In this document: positions 45,936 to 59,107 of the stretch, piece by piece | Numbering within the stretch: the stretch's first letter is position 1 | How the letters are laid out: every line of letters begins with the position of its first letter | DNA from: Squalus acanthias | Taxonomy: Eukaryota | Length of the DNA: 64,000 bases | Direction: 5' to 3' | Assembly (NCBI GenBank): GCA_030390025.1 | Contig: CM059433.1 | Span: 20,524,001-20,588,000 of the forward strand | Notes under the pieces: model-generated | What the model saw: only the letters and a program-made list of their open reading frames with translations | Database searches by the model: none | Told to the model about the DNA's origin: nothing | Program-made: the position numbers and the translations under genes

Positions 45936-47559
45936 AGTGACTCCCACTGCCAGCAACATGTTTTGGTGTGCTGGAGATTTAATCAGTTCAGCAGCAAGGT
46001 TCTTCTGACTCTTCACTTCAGAGAGCTGCAGAGTACACTCAAGGCCCTTGTGAATATTTTTGTCATCTCCAGTCTGGAAAGTCTTCACAGGAGACCTCGT
46101 TGAGTTAAACTCTTGACGTCATTGAAACAAACGCAATGACATTATTGCAGCTCAGGCTGTGAGACAAAGGCCTGTTCGTTTTAATTGAAAAGCACAGGAG
46201 TCTTTGTGTAACATGATTTCAAACAACTCATGTAATACTGAAGGCTCCCCTAATTATTGGAGAAATATGCTTAAACTATTTCAACTTAGATTTTGCCTTC
46301 TTTTTTCTTCCACTCTCTCCCGAGTCTGCTAGACAATAGTCAGAGGATTATACATCAGAAAGGAACAAGGAATGGCCTATATGTCCATCATAGCTACTTC
46401 TTATAAGAGACCGTGTATAACATGCACATCACAGACTCTCTTCAATTTATTTAATCTCCTGAGGAAGGCGAATAACCACTGGTAGAAAGTCTAAGAAAAT
46501 AAAACTGACATTTCTCCTTAATTCCTGTAATGAAATGGTAGAAATTTGAAGGGATATCAGACCGCTTTTACAATCTATAATATTCAACCGTGACAGATCA
46601 CATTCCATAGATGAGATTTCCATGGCTCTTGCTGTACAGAAACTATTGTATTTCATCAAATGTTTGATCAGTGATGTCCGTACTTATCTTAAAAAACTTC
46701 AGTCTTGCTTTTAATCAGATGTTTATCCCAACTCCTTTTCGCAGGTCTTAGTCAAGATAACTTTGATAACTTTTGCTTGGAGTCTATTCTAACTATTTAC
46801 CATACTGGAGGGATAGGGAAAAGATCTGATTTCATGATTCAGGTTCGACAATCTTTGTACTAGTATCTTCTAGTTCTGCAATTACAATTTAAGATAAATA
46901 ACCAGCTTACCACTTCAGTTGTAATCTTCCGAAATCAAGTAATGTGACTGGTCTCTGAATTTGTGACAGACCTAAAAGTGTTGTCTTCCATTTTGAAGTT
47001 GGTGGGAATTAGAAACTGTTTGCCAACAGTGTGAAGATAGCATGTTTACATCTCCAGTATTATGTGCCTGGTCACTCCAGGAAGTGGAAAAGCCCTTCCC
47101 TGATCTTCAATGCAAGCTAAGGAAGGATTTCCAGCAGCTTGATTTCCAGATTCAGTGTTAAATGTCAAAGCAACACTGAAAGGTCCGTGCTAAATAACTT
47201 TTCAATTTGGGCTGTCATGATTCTTATTTCCGTCACCCAAAAGGTTGGAATTAACTTTTGGCTTGACCGGTCACACCAAATTGTCATCTGAACTGGCACC
47301 AAATTACACCTCAAATCATGGCTACAATTAATAGCAGGAGGAACATCAAGGTGACTAAGCAGGTGATATCTCGTAATTCTTACTCCATCCAAGTGATGAC
47401 TCTAGCCATTTGTATATTCAGGACCTCAATGCAGATTTCTCTATAAATTCTCAGTCTCAAACATAACAGTTGAGAAAGTGTCTTGTGTTTTCTTTCTCCT
47501 GGTTAAGGTGATGGGGCAGATGAATGATAAATTAAATTTAACATTGATAACAGTAATGT

Positions 47560-48180
47560 ATATGGGTTGATTAAATATGGGTGATAAATATGGGTAATAT
47601 AAATAATAGAATTAACACAGGAAGACTCAAAAAAGGACATGGGGATCATAGTAGACCCATCATTTTCAGTATTTGACAATGTGGGGAAACAATTTAAAAT
47701 AATAATAGAATGCTAGGATTAATACCCAGAACAGTAGAAAACAACTCTAAAGAAAGACTTTCTCATAGACTGGTAAGACAATATTTGAAGTATTGTGTTC
47801 TGTCTTAATCACAACACCACAGAAAGATATAACTGCACTGGAAATGGTACAGAGAAGAACAAGAAAAGGACATTAAAAGAATGAGCTATGAGAAAAGATT
47901 AGAGAAGGTTGAGTTTTACCATCTAGAAGGAAGGAGATTAAGGGGAACTTTATTGAATTATGATAAATGGCATAGCTATGACGAACCGACATTACCATTT
48001 TAAAGTAAGCCAAGCAAGTTGGACTAAAGGACATAAATGGAAATGAGTGAAAAGTGCATTTATAACTTATTAGGAAGAACCTCTTTATTCAGATTGATAA
48101 ATGTTTGGAATAATCAAGCAGGCAGCGTAGTAGATGCAAGGGTTGTTCAGTTATAATTGGATGTTGTGACAGGGAGAAGT
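47560..48180 (+). mobile_element. Old CR1 3' region
   Basis: 'ctggtaagacaatatttgaagtattgtgttc', 'atgagctatgagaaaagattagag', 'ggactaaaggacataaatgg'. Confidence 0.75.
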
Positions 48181-49099
48181 GTCCAACTTGCCTCCCAGGG
48201 TCAAATGCAATCCCTGACAATCATTGAAGCCGAGGCGACTGAGTTCTATTTGTGCTTATATTTCCAATTCACTTTTTGAATTTTGTGGAGATGGAGGTTT
48301 GAAAGGACTCTTTTTAACACTGTCACCTCATTGGTGGATAAATCCTAAATTAGAAAACCTAGATGTGTTAGTGTCAGCAATTTGACAAGTATTCACATTA
48401 ATGGGAAAATGGATTTAAACTTTATATGTGGCCCTAAAGTTCCACGATATGCACCTATGCAGCCCACAAAGACAAATCCTCAGACATTTCTGAGTTTGGA
48501 TGCCCGAGGGAGCTTTTATGGGCTAAATGCTCATATATTTATTTTCTTGTGTGTTCTAAAATAATGTAAAACAAAGATTTTTTTAAATTCATTTTTATTT
48601 TGGGTGGATTTCCTAGTGTTTCTTATCTTTACCTTACCAATTAGCTACTGAACATGGAGAAGTAACCTTCAAGGAGAACCCTCTGGTAGAAATGATACAC
48701 AACTCCTATTAGATACCAGACATATTAGGAAGGACATATTTACTCAGATTGATAAATGCTTGGAATAATGCTTGGATAAATGCTTGGAATAATCAGCCAG
48801 GCAGAGTGGTAGAGACAGGAAGATTGGGACTGTCCTGTCAGGCATTGTAAAAATCAGGAAACATTTTCAGTTATTCTCATGAAGGTGCATGCAGGCAGGG
48901 GTCATTAAATAGTGATTAGGGGCAGAACTGTAGCTGATTTTAACCTCCCTAACCCAGGATACTCAGACCTACTGATGTCCTGGTTGAGATCAGCTAACTG
49001 AGCACACACTGAGGATTGATCCTGGCCAACATGGCTCAGCCACTCACTCCCTTAACCAGTTGAGCACCCGCAGAACCCATTGGCCCACGGCTTCCAATT

Positions 49100-49482
49100 G
49101 GATTAAGATTAAGGGGTGATCTAATTGAAGCGTTCAAGATGATTAAAGGAGTTGATAGGGTAGATAGAGAGAGAAACTATTTCCTCTAGTGGGGGAGTCC
49201 AGAACAAGGGGTCGGGACGGGACGGGAGCATAACTTTAAAATTAGAGCTAGGCCATTCAGGGGTACTGGAAATTTGCAACTCTCTCACCAAAAAACTGTT
49301 GAGGTTCGGTCAATTGAAAATTTCAAAACTGAGATTGATAGATTTTTGTTAGGCAAGGGTATTAAGGGTTATGAAACCAAGGCGAGTAGATGGAGTTAAG
49401 ATACAGATCACCCATAATCTAATTGAATGGCAGAACAGACTTGAGGGGCTGAATGGCCTACTCCTGTTCCTATTTTCCTATG
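49100..49482 (+). mobile_element. CR1 3' end
   Basis: 'aagattaaggggtgatctaattgaag' to tail 'tggcctactcctgttcctat'. Confidence 0.88.
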
Positions 49483-51214
49483 GTGATATCACTGGGCAAT
49501 GACCAGAGCCTGTTGCCTGCTCATGTCATAAAGCATAGGCTGTCATCATAACAGAAGGTAAAAAATGTATACTTTCAAAACTCCCAATCTATCCAGGAAA
49601 ACCCAAGGCTATCCATACTGTCTGCATTTGCTGTGGATTGCCAATGCTGAGGTAAACTTCCTGACTGCACCATTCCATGGAATGCAGCAGTCAGATTTTT
49701 CCGTCAACATTATTAGGACTGAAGAGTTGTCACAGGTGAGGTGTGATTCTTCCAGGTGACTTGTAATGTAGTAAAAAGGCTCAGTTATGTTGACTGCTGA
49801 AAGCATTCACTAGAAGTATTGCTCACTGATGTCAGTTATGTTTTATATTGTGGGGGAAAAATAGGATTAAAATGTTTTCATAATTTGTAAAAATGTATAT
49901 TTGCAATATATTCCTAAAACAAAGTATGTTATTTGTCAGTCAAACCCTTTCCTTTTGTCAGCTGGCCGGGTATCATAAACCTTTCCCTAGTGACACATCG
50001 TTGTAAAACGTTGTGATGTGCATTGAAAACCTCATTGGTTGTGATGGTCAGAATAAACAAACACCTGAACTCTCGAATGGTAAAGCTCAAAGGTGAAACT
50101 TCAAAAAGATAAACAATTTGAAATTGCATATCATGTAAAAAAAAAGTCAATTCTTGGAATAATTATTGAAATCTAACATAGAATCCCTGGATTGAATGAC
50201 TGTGTAAACCATTCCAGCCTTGTTCTCACTATTTGCATGGATGTGTTTCAGCCTCTTTAGTATATAGGAAGGCATGGAATGAGGAAAGGCTCAGTCTGTT
50301 CATTCCACTCCATCATGGACTCTACTGAACCCATTTCATCTCCTGAGTTAAGGTTCAGAAATGCTTCCCCTTGCCCCACTAAAGGTAAAACAACCAGAAT
50401 ATCCACTTAGCCTTGTTTATTCTGACTATTTGCCCTTGATGGCATAACACTTCTTTGATCACTGCAACTCAAGCACCATGAAGTTCCATAAAGTATTCAG
50501 ACATCTCTCTCTATCCTTACACCTTCACCCCATTACTAACTAAATATTTATCTAGTTCCTTTTCAAAGGTGTTAATCAGGACAAAATGCATTACTTTTAA
50601 AGGGAGCCTTCCACATATTGTTCACGCAAAACAAATCCTTTTAACTTCAATCCTAGCTTGAGGCTCATTCATTTATACCTCTGTGTTTGCAAAACCATTA
50701 TCCATTCCTGAAAGCATGTGAAATACTTGCAATATATGTATCAGCATTGCCCTGATTTTGAACTTGTTTTAAAGTTATCTGTAATACAAGAAAAATATTA
50801 ACTTGATTTTGGTTTTAAAACCGTTTTGTATAGAGCAACATCCAGCCTCTGTAAGCAAGCAGCATCGGTCCCCTAACACAGAATCTGCATCAAATCTGTT
50901 GCCTGATACATTGTTTATTACTGATTGTTAAGGAATGTCTCTAAACTACAAATGGAAACTGTTATGATACATTAATATTTACTCAAGTAAGGGGACATCT
51001 GTAAATGCTTATATAAAATCTTTACAAGTTCAATTCAGAGGGTTCCTAACCTGGAATCATTCTGTTACTCCTCTATGATATTTTCTAACACATAAATGTT
51101 TTTCAAAGTAAACTCCTCAAAACTAGTTTCACCAGAGAATGATACAAGTTTAGAAGAGCCTGTTCTGATTTATTTGAGATGTGTCCCAATATTTGATTAA
51201 TCCTGTTGATCACA

Positions 51215-51485
51215 GGGAGGAAAGAATTCTACTTTGGTGGGGGTGCAAAACGGGCGGTAGTTGGATTGGCTGCTCGTTATACATCCACTGATTGTCCTTT
51301 CCATTGACTTAAAAAGTACTTCATTGGCTGTAAAGCGCTTTGAGATGTCCGGTGGTCGTGAAAGGCGCTATATAAATGCACGTCTGTCTTTCTTTAAATG
51401 AAAAGAAAACCTGGGCGGATGTATAATGGGCGGCCGATCTGCTCCCGCCCATTATGCGCCTCTATTGAATTTGAATTTTACCGCC
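51215..51485. mobile_element. Hairpin MITE with a DeuSINE tail (51311-51395) inserted near its centre
   Basis: Arms 'gctcgttatacatcc' / 'ggatgtataatgggc' surround the SINE tail. Confidence 0.65.
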
Positions 51486-52514
51486 ACCGTTTCAGTGCTC
51501 AATAAACACGCCTGTGTTAATGGACTTGAAACATGTTTCCTGTTTCCTATTCCAATGTGCATAACCGTACATTATTCACAGAACATACTCCCAGCTAGTG
51601 TTTACTCTCTATATAATTGGAATAGATAAAATTACTATAATTATACCACCTGGTATTAAAAGTATTCAGCCTTGTCTCATTATCCATAAAATATAATTGT
51701 TCCCTAATTAGAGAGCCCATGGACTACCCTTGATTTTATGTCAGGTAGTAGTAAACTTTGGGTCAGATAATGATCCTCTCACAACTGAGGGCTAGTGGGC
51801 TGGCTGATCTTCACTATAAAGTAGCTTCAGTGGGGGCTTTTAAGAAGCATGAATGGCCACTGGACCTATTATTTGTGCTCCAAAGTAAACAAAATGGTCT
51901 GTGTGCTGTGGTCAGATCTCAGATGGTTGTGCTCCGTGTGAATATATTCCATTCTCTCAGAAACTTCACAGATTAATTTGGACTCTGTTCTTTAGCCACC
52001 TGCTGGGTGAATTGATTGTGAAGTTTGAGAATGGGAATGTGAATCGAAGCAGCGCGGGCCTTAAGTAAATAGCGGAATGTGTGTAACTGCATTGCCTTGG
52101 GATTTGGAACAAGATTCCATCTTAATCCTGGTGTTTGTAAATATTTCACAAGCCCCGATGCGCTTTCTCTTCATCTGTTTAAACATGTACTCAATTCCCC
52201 TTGAGAACTGAGCAGAACAAAATGGCTAATTTAGTCTTTGTTTCAAAAGAAAATGTGAGAAATTTATTGACCAAGCATTTACAAGCATATTTAAAGTTCT
52301 TGACTGCACGATTTTATCATCTAAATTGTTGGCATGTTTCAGAATGTGCATGTCCTGGAACAAAAAGATAAGAATCAAATGTTCAGCCATTTTAAATCTG
52401 TTCGGTTGAAAACAAATTCAAGGATATTTTATTTTCCATTTCTTCTGCTGTTGTTTATCTTAATTGTGCTGTATGTCTTAAGAGTAGAACAATGCAGAGT
52501 TTCTTCTTGAAGGT

Positions 52515-52705
52515 TCTCCCACAGTGCTGTGAAGTGGGGAGTTCCAGGATTTTGACCCAGCGATGTTGAAGGAACGGCAGTATATGTCCAAGTCTCGATA
52601 GTGTGTGCCTTGGAGGGGAACTTGGAAGTGATGGTGTTCCCATGCACCTGCTGCCCTTGTAGTTCTAGGTGGTAGTTGGCGTGGCTTGGGGAGGTGCTGT
52701 CAAAG
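52515..52705 (-). mobile_element. LINE fragment, same family as 63190-63727
   Basis: 'gagttccaggattttgacccagcga..gaaggaacgg' shared with 63340-63480. Confidence 0.85.
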
Positions 52706-52802
52706 AAAATTAAATGTATCATATATTTTAGTTCGCCCAACAATTACAATCTATTCTGTTGACTGAATGTTCTCAGATCATAAGGTAGACACATAGAAGG
52801 AA

Positions 52803-52911
52803 AGGTTATTCATCCCATTTTAGCTCAATCATTCAATCCTAGCTTATTCATCCAACGCAAGCTCATTCATCCAATATTAGCTCATTGATTCAATTGTAGC
52901 TCATTCATCCA
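52803..52911 (+). repeat. 19-bp minisatellite, about 6 copies
   Basis: agctcattcatccaatNNN units start at 52803, 52822, 52841, 52860, 52879, 52898. Confidence 0.85.
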
Positions 52912-54379
52912 GAGAGAGCCTATAGCCTCCCATCACAGCCTCTGTTTCTTAAATGATTTCAGTGTTTTTGCCCCCATTACCTCACCCACAAGTCCATTCC
53001 ATATGTTGATCACTCTTTGCATGAAAAGAACCTTCTAACATCAGTCCTATGCTCGGTTACTATTGTTCTCCAGAAAATACTGGGTCTGTAATAACTCCTC
53101 AGTGCATTGAAGCATCAGGGAAAAATAGAGCTATGATACCACTCTGCTGAAATAAAAACTTTGCTCTGGAGAATCCTGTTCTCCCACAATTTAAAATAAT
53201 GACACTTTGGTGAAATGCATAAGAAGCTTCATAGCCAGAAAAGGATAATTCTTACAGCGCTGTGTGGCACTATTTATGTGGTTCAAAACAGATTTCATTT
53301 ATGTAGCACCCTGGCCGATTTCTTTCACTGTTCCTGCCACAGTTGCCGACTTTAAATGTTGCTGGAATGGTAATGAGTTCAAAATTCATGCAATTGGATC
53401 ACAAACAGAATGTATCTCGCAATCTCTTCGTGGTGCACAGAATGACAAGGAAACTGAGTTTCGAGATCTAGGATATTGGGCTAACATATCTGAGAAGTTC
53501 AGCAAGAACTAGTTACTTCACTTTAGGAACCAGCACTGCTTTATGGAGAACCAGATGCAAGGAACGCAATTGATTTCAGTCCATTTTAGCTCCTCTCCAC
53601 TTCAACGGTGGAGCCATAATCATAGAGCATTAGGTCATGCCTCTTGGAGAGCGAGGCAAGTCTACAGTTGCTGATCCATAATTATCACCCTTGGGGCTGT
53701 AAATAGCTGATAGTTCAGCCCCATCATGACCTGTTGAAGAGCTAATGGCTAAATTTGACTGTTATTTATTCATTTTCCCAAAAGTGTTACTCCTCTTGGT
53801 GCATTGAAACTTCTTTTCCTGGCCAACTAAGCACAGCAATGTCGAAAGAACATTACACTAAAATCTCAGATTGCCAATGGACATTATTCATTAAGTATGG
53901 CCAGCAGAGATGGATAAACAAGCATAGTTTCAAACTCACATATATCGTTATGACAATTCCTAAGTCAGACTTTGGCTGTTTTAGGTAGACGTCTGCTGTG
54001 AGCACAAAATATGAAATTATGTAGTACAATCCTTGATATTCTATCGAGTTTCAGTGGTTCTCCTCAGTCAAGCAGATTTTTATTGATTCTTTTTGCCAAT
54101 TTTCTTCCCTCCCCATCCTGAAGAGGGGCTGATTCTTCCACTACTTTGCTCCCAAATAGCATCTAAAAAGCTGAGTTAAATGCAGAGGAAAACTAGGAAA
54201 TCTCTCGCTCCCATTTTGCTCCTCAACAGCACATCACGTGAACTTCCTTTATAGCTTTTCTGGTGTCTGAATCTGACATGCAAATGAATGGCGGAGACAT
54301 CTGCACTCAAACTTCCTCACATAGCACCAGGTGCAGTTCAGGAGCAAACTGTTCCCAGAAAATCCTCATGCTACTGATC

Positions 54380-54603
54380 CCAAATCTGGAACTCTATCCC
54401 CTAAAAAGCTGTTGAGGCTAAGTCAATTGAAAGTTTCAAAGCTGAGATTGGTAGATTTCTTTTAGGCAAAGGTATTATGGGTTACGGAACCAAGGCGGGT
54501 AGGTGGAGTTAAGATACAGATCAGCTATAATCTAATTGAATAGCAGAACAGGCTCAAGGGGCTGAATGGCCTACTCCTGTTCCTATGTTCCTTCCTATGT
54601 TCT
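54380..54603 (+). mobile_element. CR1 3' end
   Basis: Same subfamily as 49100-49482; tail (ttcctatg)n. Confidence 0.88.
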
Positions 54604-54846
54604 CAGGGCTGCCTTATAGGAGCTATGTGGATCAGCCACCCATAATACATCTCTCCCAAATTTTATTCCCATTGAAGTCAATTCAAATGAAAATCAGGAG
54701 TGAAGTATAATGGGCGGCTGATCCACATAGCTCCTATAAGGCAGCCCTGAGAACATAGGAAGGAACATAGGAACAGGAGTAGGCCATTCAGCCCCTTGAG
54801 CCTATTCTGCTATTCAATTAGATTATAGCTGATCTGTATCTTAACT
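54507..54846. repeat. 131-bp inverted repeat (1 mismatch) around a MITE hairpin core
   Basis: 54507-54637 is the reverse complement of 54716-54846; the MITE end follows at 54847-54881. Confidence 0.92.
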
Positions 54847-55814
54847 GCTTTACACTATTGGACAAAGTCAAAATAACCCCCTATCTGTCTTAGGGGATAG
54901 GCAGATATTGCCAGACAATGTCTTTTGGCATAATTGATTTTGCTAATTCTGAACTTGATAATTCATGATGGAGGCTGTGTTCAGTGCTGTGCCACCAGCC
55001 TCTGGGGGTGTGGCTTATTTGGAGGCAGATAAGGGGCAATGACCACAAGCCCCCCCCCCCCCCCCTTTACAACCTCTGAAGAAATTTGCCTGGGCATTTC
55101 CTGAGTTACAAAAACCTGTTTCCCTAACCCTGAGTAGGGGACACCTGCTCCATGCCACCTGGATTAAAAAAACAAGTCTCACACATGTCCCTACCCCTCC
55201 ACCTATTGATTGGCACCACAGCAACACCCTCCAAAGTAAACTGTAAGGGTGTCCAGACTTGGAATATTGCTGCCATGGCACAGCAACACACACTCATTCG
55301 CAGGAGATGGAACCTATAAATAAACATAAACACCACCGACATGCAATTTACAGCTTTTGGCACACATACATTAATTAGAAACTTTCTAGTCTTCATCAGA
55401 AACGGCCCACGTAATAATCTTGCCTCATTACCTGCTTAAAAAAAACCCTACTGGCTCTCGAATGAGGCTTTAACTGTGCTGGCCCTTCAACAGGGCTGTT
55501 GCCTTAAGTCCCAGGAAGCACCCAGACTTTCTCCTGGATGCATGGATGCCTGCAGCCAAAAGTGTGCCCTGAAGTGTGCCCACGTGGCACCTTCTTTAGG
55601 CCTGCGAGCAAGTTTTGGCATGCAACTCCTGGTCCCAACAGACCATATTTTGGCGCACTCCTCACTAATTGCTCCCTAACAGCACCACGTAAGGAAGATA
55701 ACATCGACTGGCTCTTGCTGGGATACAATTACGCAGGCCCTGGCAGCTCCTGCAATACTTCACTCGAGTGGCCATTCTTCAGATTCAAGCTTAGGCAGTG
55801 AATATTATCAAGAA

Positions 55815-56197
55815 TTACATAGGATATGCAACACAGAAACAGGCCATTTGGCCCAGCCAGTCCATGCTGGTGTTTATGCTCCACTCCAGCCTCCTCTCAT
55901 CTTTCCTCATCTAACTCTATCAGCATAACCCTCTATTCTCTTTTCCCTCATATGCTTATCTAGCCTCCCCTTAAATGCATCTATACTATTCGCCTCAACC
56001 ACTCCCTGTGGCAGCGAGTTCCCCATTCTCACCACTCTCTGGGTAAAGAAATTTCTTCTGAATTCCCTATTTGATTTCTTGGTGACTATCTTATATTGAT
56101 GGCCTCTAGTTTTGCTCTTCCCCACAAGTGGAGACACTCTCTCTGTGTCTACTCTATCAAAACATTTCTTAATATTAAAGACATCAATTAGGTCAAC
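55815..56197 (-). mobile_element. CR1 3' end
   Basis: ORF 55907-56236 DLIDVFNI...RRNFFTQRVVRMGNSLPQ. Confidence 0.92.
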
Positions 56198-57049
56198 CTT
56201 AATTGCACCTCCCCCACACCTGAACCCAGGGCACAAAGGCCAATTGTAGTACTCTAATTGCTGAATGGGATTGGTCGACTAGTCTGCTAGCATGTTGTTG
56301 AGGCTCACAATGAATAACTGTGACTTGGCAGGGGTACAAAAGGTCAAGGCTTGCCCCTGGAACCATACCGCAGCATGGAATCAGCACCTTCTGAAGAGGA
56401 GAGAAGAAAGTTGTCAGAAAAACAGTGGTGGGTGGGGAGAAGGAAAAAATTAAAAGGTCATCAAAACCTTTAAGATTAGTTCATGCCATCCTGGAGGTAA
56501 CTCATTAAACCTTCAAGTAATTTAACTCTCGTGATTAGAATATTAGTATTCGCCTGCTTCCCAGCAGCTCAGCGAAATAGAAGATTTGCATGACCTGAAT
56601 GAAGATTTCTCAATGTGTTCTAGCCATGCACTGCAGTAAGTGGCCAGCGAGTTAGCTGACGCAGAAGGTTTTTTCACAAGAAAAGAATTGGTAGCCTTGC
56701 GGCTGCTATTAACTCAGGATCATCAGCACCTCTTTGTGTTTTTATACTGAAGGTGAACAGATATTCCGAAAATTCTTTTATTGTGCACACAAATAAGGCA
56801 TCAAGGATATATTTATGGATTTAATGAGGATGATTTTATTCCAGTGTCAGTCTCCTTTTGACAGCAGTGGATAGTGGGACATTAGTTAAGGCATGTTATG
56901 TATTATTGATGCGTGATGATGGCCATACTAAAGAATTAATGATGGTGATGCAATTACTGTGAGTTTGTCAAGTGATTAACTCGGTTGAAAATAACAGTCA
57001 CAGCATGTTACAGTTTATTACTGGTATAAATTTATGCTACTCCACTCAC

Positions 57050-57305
57050 CCAGTGGTTCAGTTGGTAAAACACACTGTCCAGTGTGGAACTGAGGCATGC
57101 AGAGTGACAAAGGTCTAAAATTCAATCCCCAGTTGATGCTGAGACACCTGATCTCAGGTAGGGTAGCAGTAAGACTGCTGCATTCAGATTTAGCATTCCT
57201 GGCTCAGGGAGGAGAAAAATCAGCTGGTTTCCTGTTCCAGATTGCTGTCCAGTTACTCCGGCTGAAAAGTACTTGTGTGGACGTCAGGTGAGCACTGCGT
57301 TGGAC
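57050..57305 (+). mobile_element. Second, older tRNA-like SINE family (I cannot name it)
   Basis: Head 'gtggttcagttggtaaa...ttcaatcccc'; related antisense copies at ~29520-29790, ~48900-49070, ~56200-56390. Confidence 0.55.
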
Positions 57306-57756
57306 TTGGCTCAGTGGGTAGCACTCGTGCCTCTGAGTCAGGAGGTTGTGGGTTGATAGACCCACCCCAGAGACTTGTGAGCACAAAAATCTAGGCTGAC
57401 ACTGCATTGCAGTGCTGAGGGAGTGCTGCACTGTCGGAGGTGCCACTTTTCAGATGAGACATTAAACCGAGGCCCTGTCTGCTCTCTCAGGTGGCACTAT
57501 TTCGAAGAGCAGGGGAGTTAATCCCCGGTGTCCTGGCCAATATTTATCCCTCAAGCAACGTAACAAAAACAGATTATCTGGTCATTATCATATTACTGTT
57601 TGTGGGAGCTTGCCGTACGCAAATTGGCTGCCGCGTTTCCGACATTACAACAGTGACTACACTTCAAAGAAAAGTACTTCATTGGCTGTAAAGTGCTTTG
57701 GGATGTCCTGAGGTTGTGAAAGGCGCGATATAAATGCAAGTCTATTTTTTTCTTTT
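57306..57756 (+). mobile_element. SacSINE1-like DeuSINE, near full length
   Basis: tRNA-like head, Deu core 'ggaggtgccacttttcagatgagacattaaaccgagg', L2-like tail. Confidence 0.9.
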
Positions 57757-58529
57757 TGGCTGTCGTAGCTTCGACAGTCATATAGCCTGCCAGAGTATGG
57801 TATAGTCCCAGTAGAGTTCCATCAACCACAGAGCCAAACCTGAGTTTGAATCAGAAGGGAAATGGAAAAAAATTGGAAAGGAAACAGAAGTGCACATGAT
57901 ACTGTTCAATGTAAAAAAAAATTAGAGGTGTAAGATAGCTGAGTGTCATTGACTTTTTGAAGTGGCACTTATATGAAGATCCAAGACTGGCCAGCGATGG
58001 ATAGAAACAGCAGCTACTGCACACAGTAGGAGAGCAAAACTCTCACAACACCAGAGATAATTTATTTCACAGTTTCTGAACCATTAGGGATCATCTTGAC
58101 AAGACAGGACACAAGCAACATGCAGGCAGCTGTGAGCAAAGTGGGAACTTCAACTGGTCTGTGCTGAAAAGGAACACCATATTCATGAAAAAAAGAGTAT
58201 TTGGCAACCCCGTTTTTTTTATTTGTTTGCAAACCCAAAATGTGCCGACATAAATTTTGTTGAGCTGCATCTTGCGTCACTTGTGCGTGACTACATTGTG
58301 CAAAAATGATGGAAGGTTCTCCTTTCTTTGTCAAACACATTTACGAAGACGATGCCCCTTTTAAAGCTATGGTTCAGTCTTAATTTACTAAAATATCAAA
58401 GAGTTGGAAGATCCAGAAGTGGAATGCTGTGGAATGCCTGGACATTGAAAGGTGAATTCAATCTGAAGCACCCAGTTTAATGCAGTGGCTTTTCACTGTT
58501 TCTTGTCTGAGGTAAAATATATGGAATAT

Positions 58530-58810
58530 GGCCTGTCTCATGCGCAACCCTGATTTCCATCGCTCAACCATTGGTGGCCGTGCCTTCTGTTGCCTAGGCC
58601 CTAAGCTTTGGAGTTCCCTTCCTAAACCTGTCCGCCTCTCTAACTCTCTTTCCTCCTTTAAGATGCTCCTTAAAACCTCTGTGACCAAGCCCTGTCCTAA
58701 TATCTCTTTATGTGGCTCGGTGTCAAATTTTGTCTGATGATGCTCCAGTGAAGCACCCTGGGACATTTTTATTCTGTTAAAGGCACTATATAAATGCAAG
58801 TTGTTGTTGT
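58530..58810 (+). mobile_element. L2 LINE 3' fragment
   Basis: RSTIGGRAFCCLGPKLWSSLP..SSFKMLLKT; tail ctatataaatgcaagttgttgttg. Confidence 0.9.
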
Positions 58811-59107
58811 AATGGAGTGCTGGATAGAAAGGGAAGGCCCCTGATATTACACCTTGGATACTAACAGACAAATAGTCAAGACATTCATCTGAAATTGTTT
58901 TCTGTTCCTGTTAACCCATTTATTTTGAATAGATTATCGTCTTTGCTAAAATAGCAGAGCAACTCTAAGCAATCGCATTAAGTACGTGTTCATCTGCTAA
59001 TATCTTACTCCCTAATTTAAGGGCAGAAGTGTATACAGACAATTACAAATTAGCAAGATGAGCCACAAAACAAATGCAGGAGAGGTTGTGGAAGAAACTT
59101 CTTTATT

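Noticed and set aside
48745..48800. Short tandem duplication gataaatgcttggaataat
   Set aside because: Ordinary slippage inside a decayed CR1 fragment
49661..49694. Hairpin ctgactgc..cattccatggaatg..gcagtcag as a pre-miRNA
   Set aside because: Only 34 nt, too short for a precursor
57306..57380. tRNA genes at A/B-box motifs (also 21710, 25250, 59460-59530)
   Set aside because: These are SINE heads that continue into SINE bodies; I could not fold a proper cloverleaf
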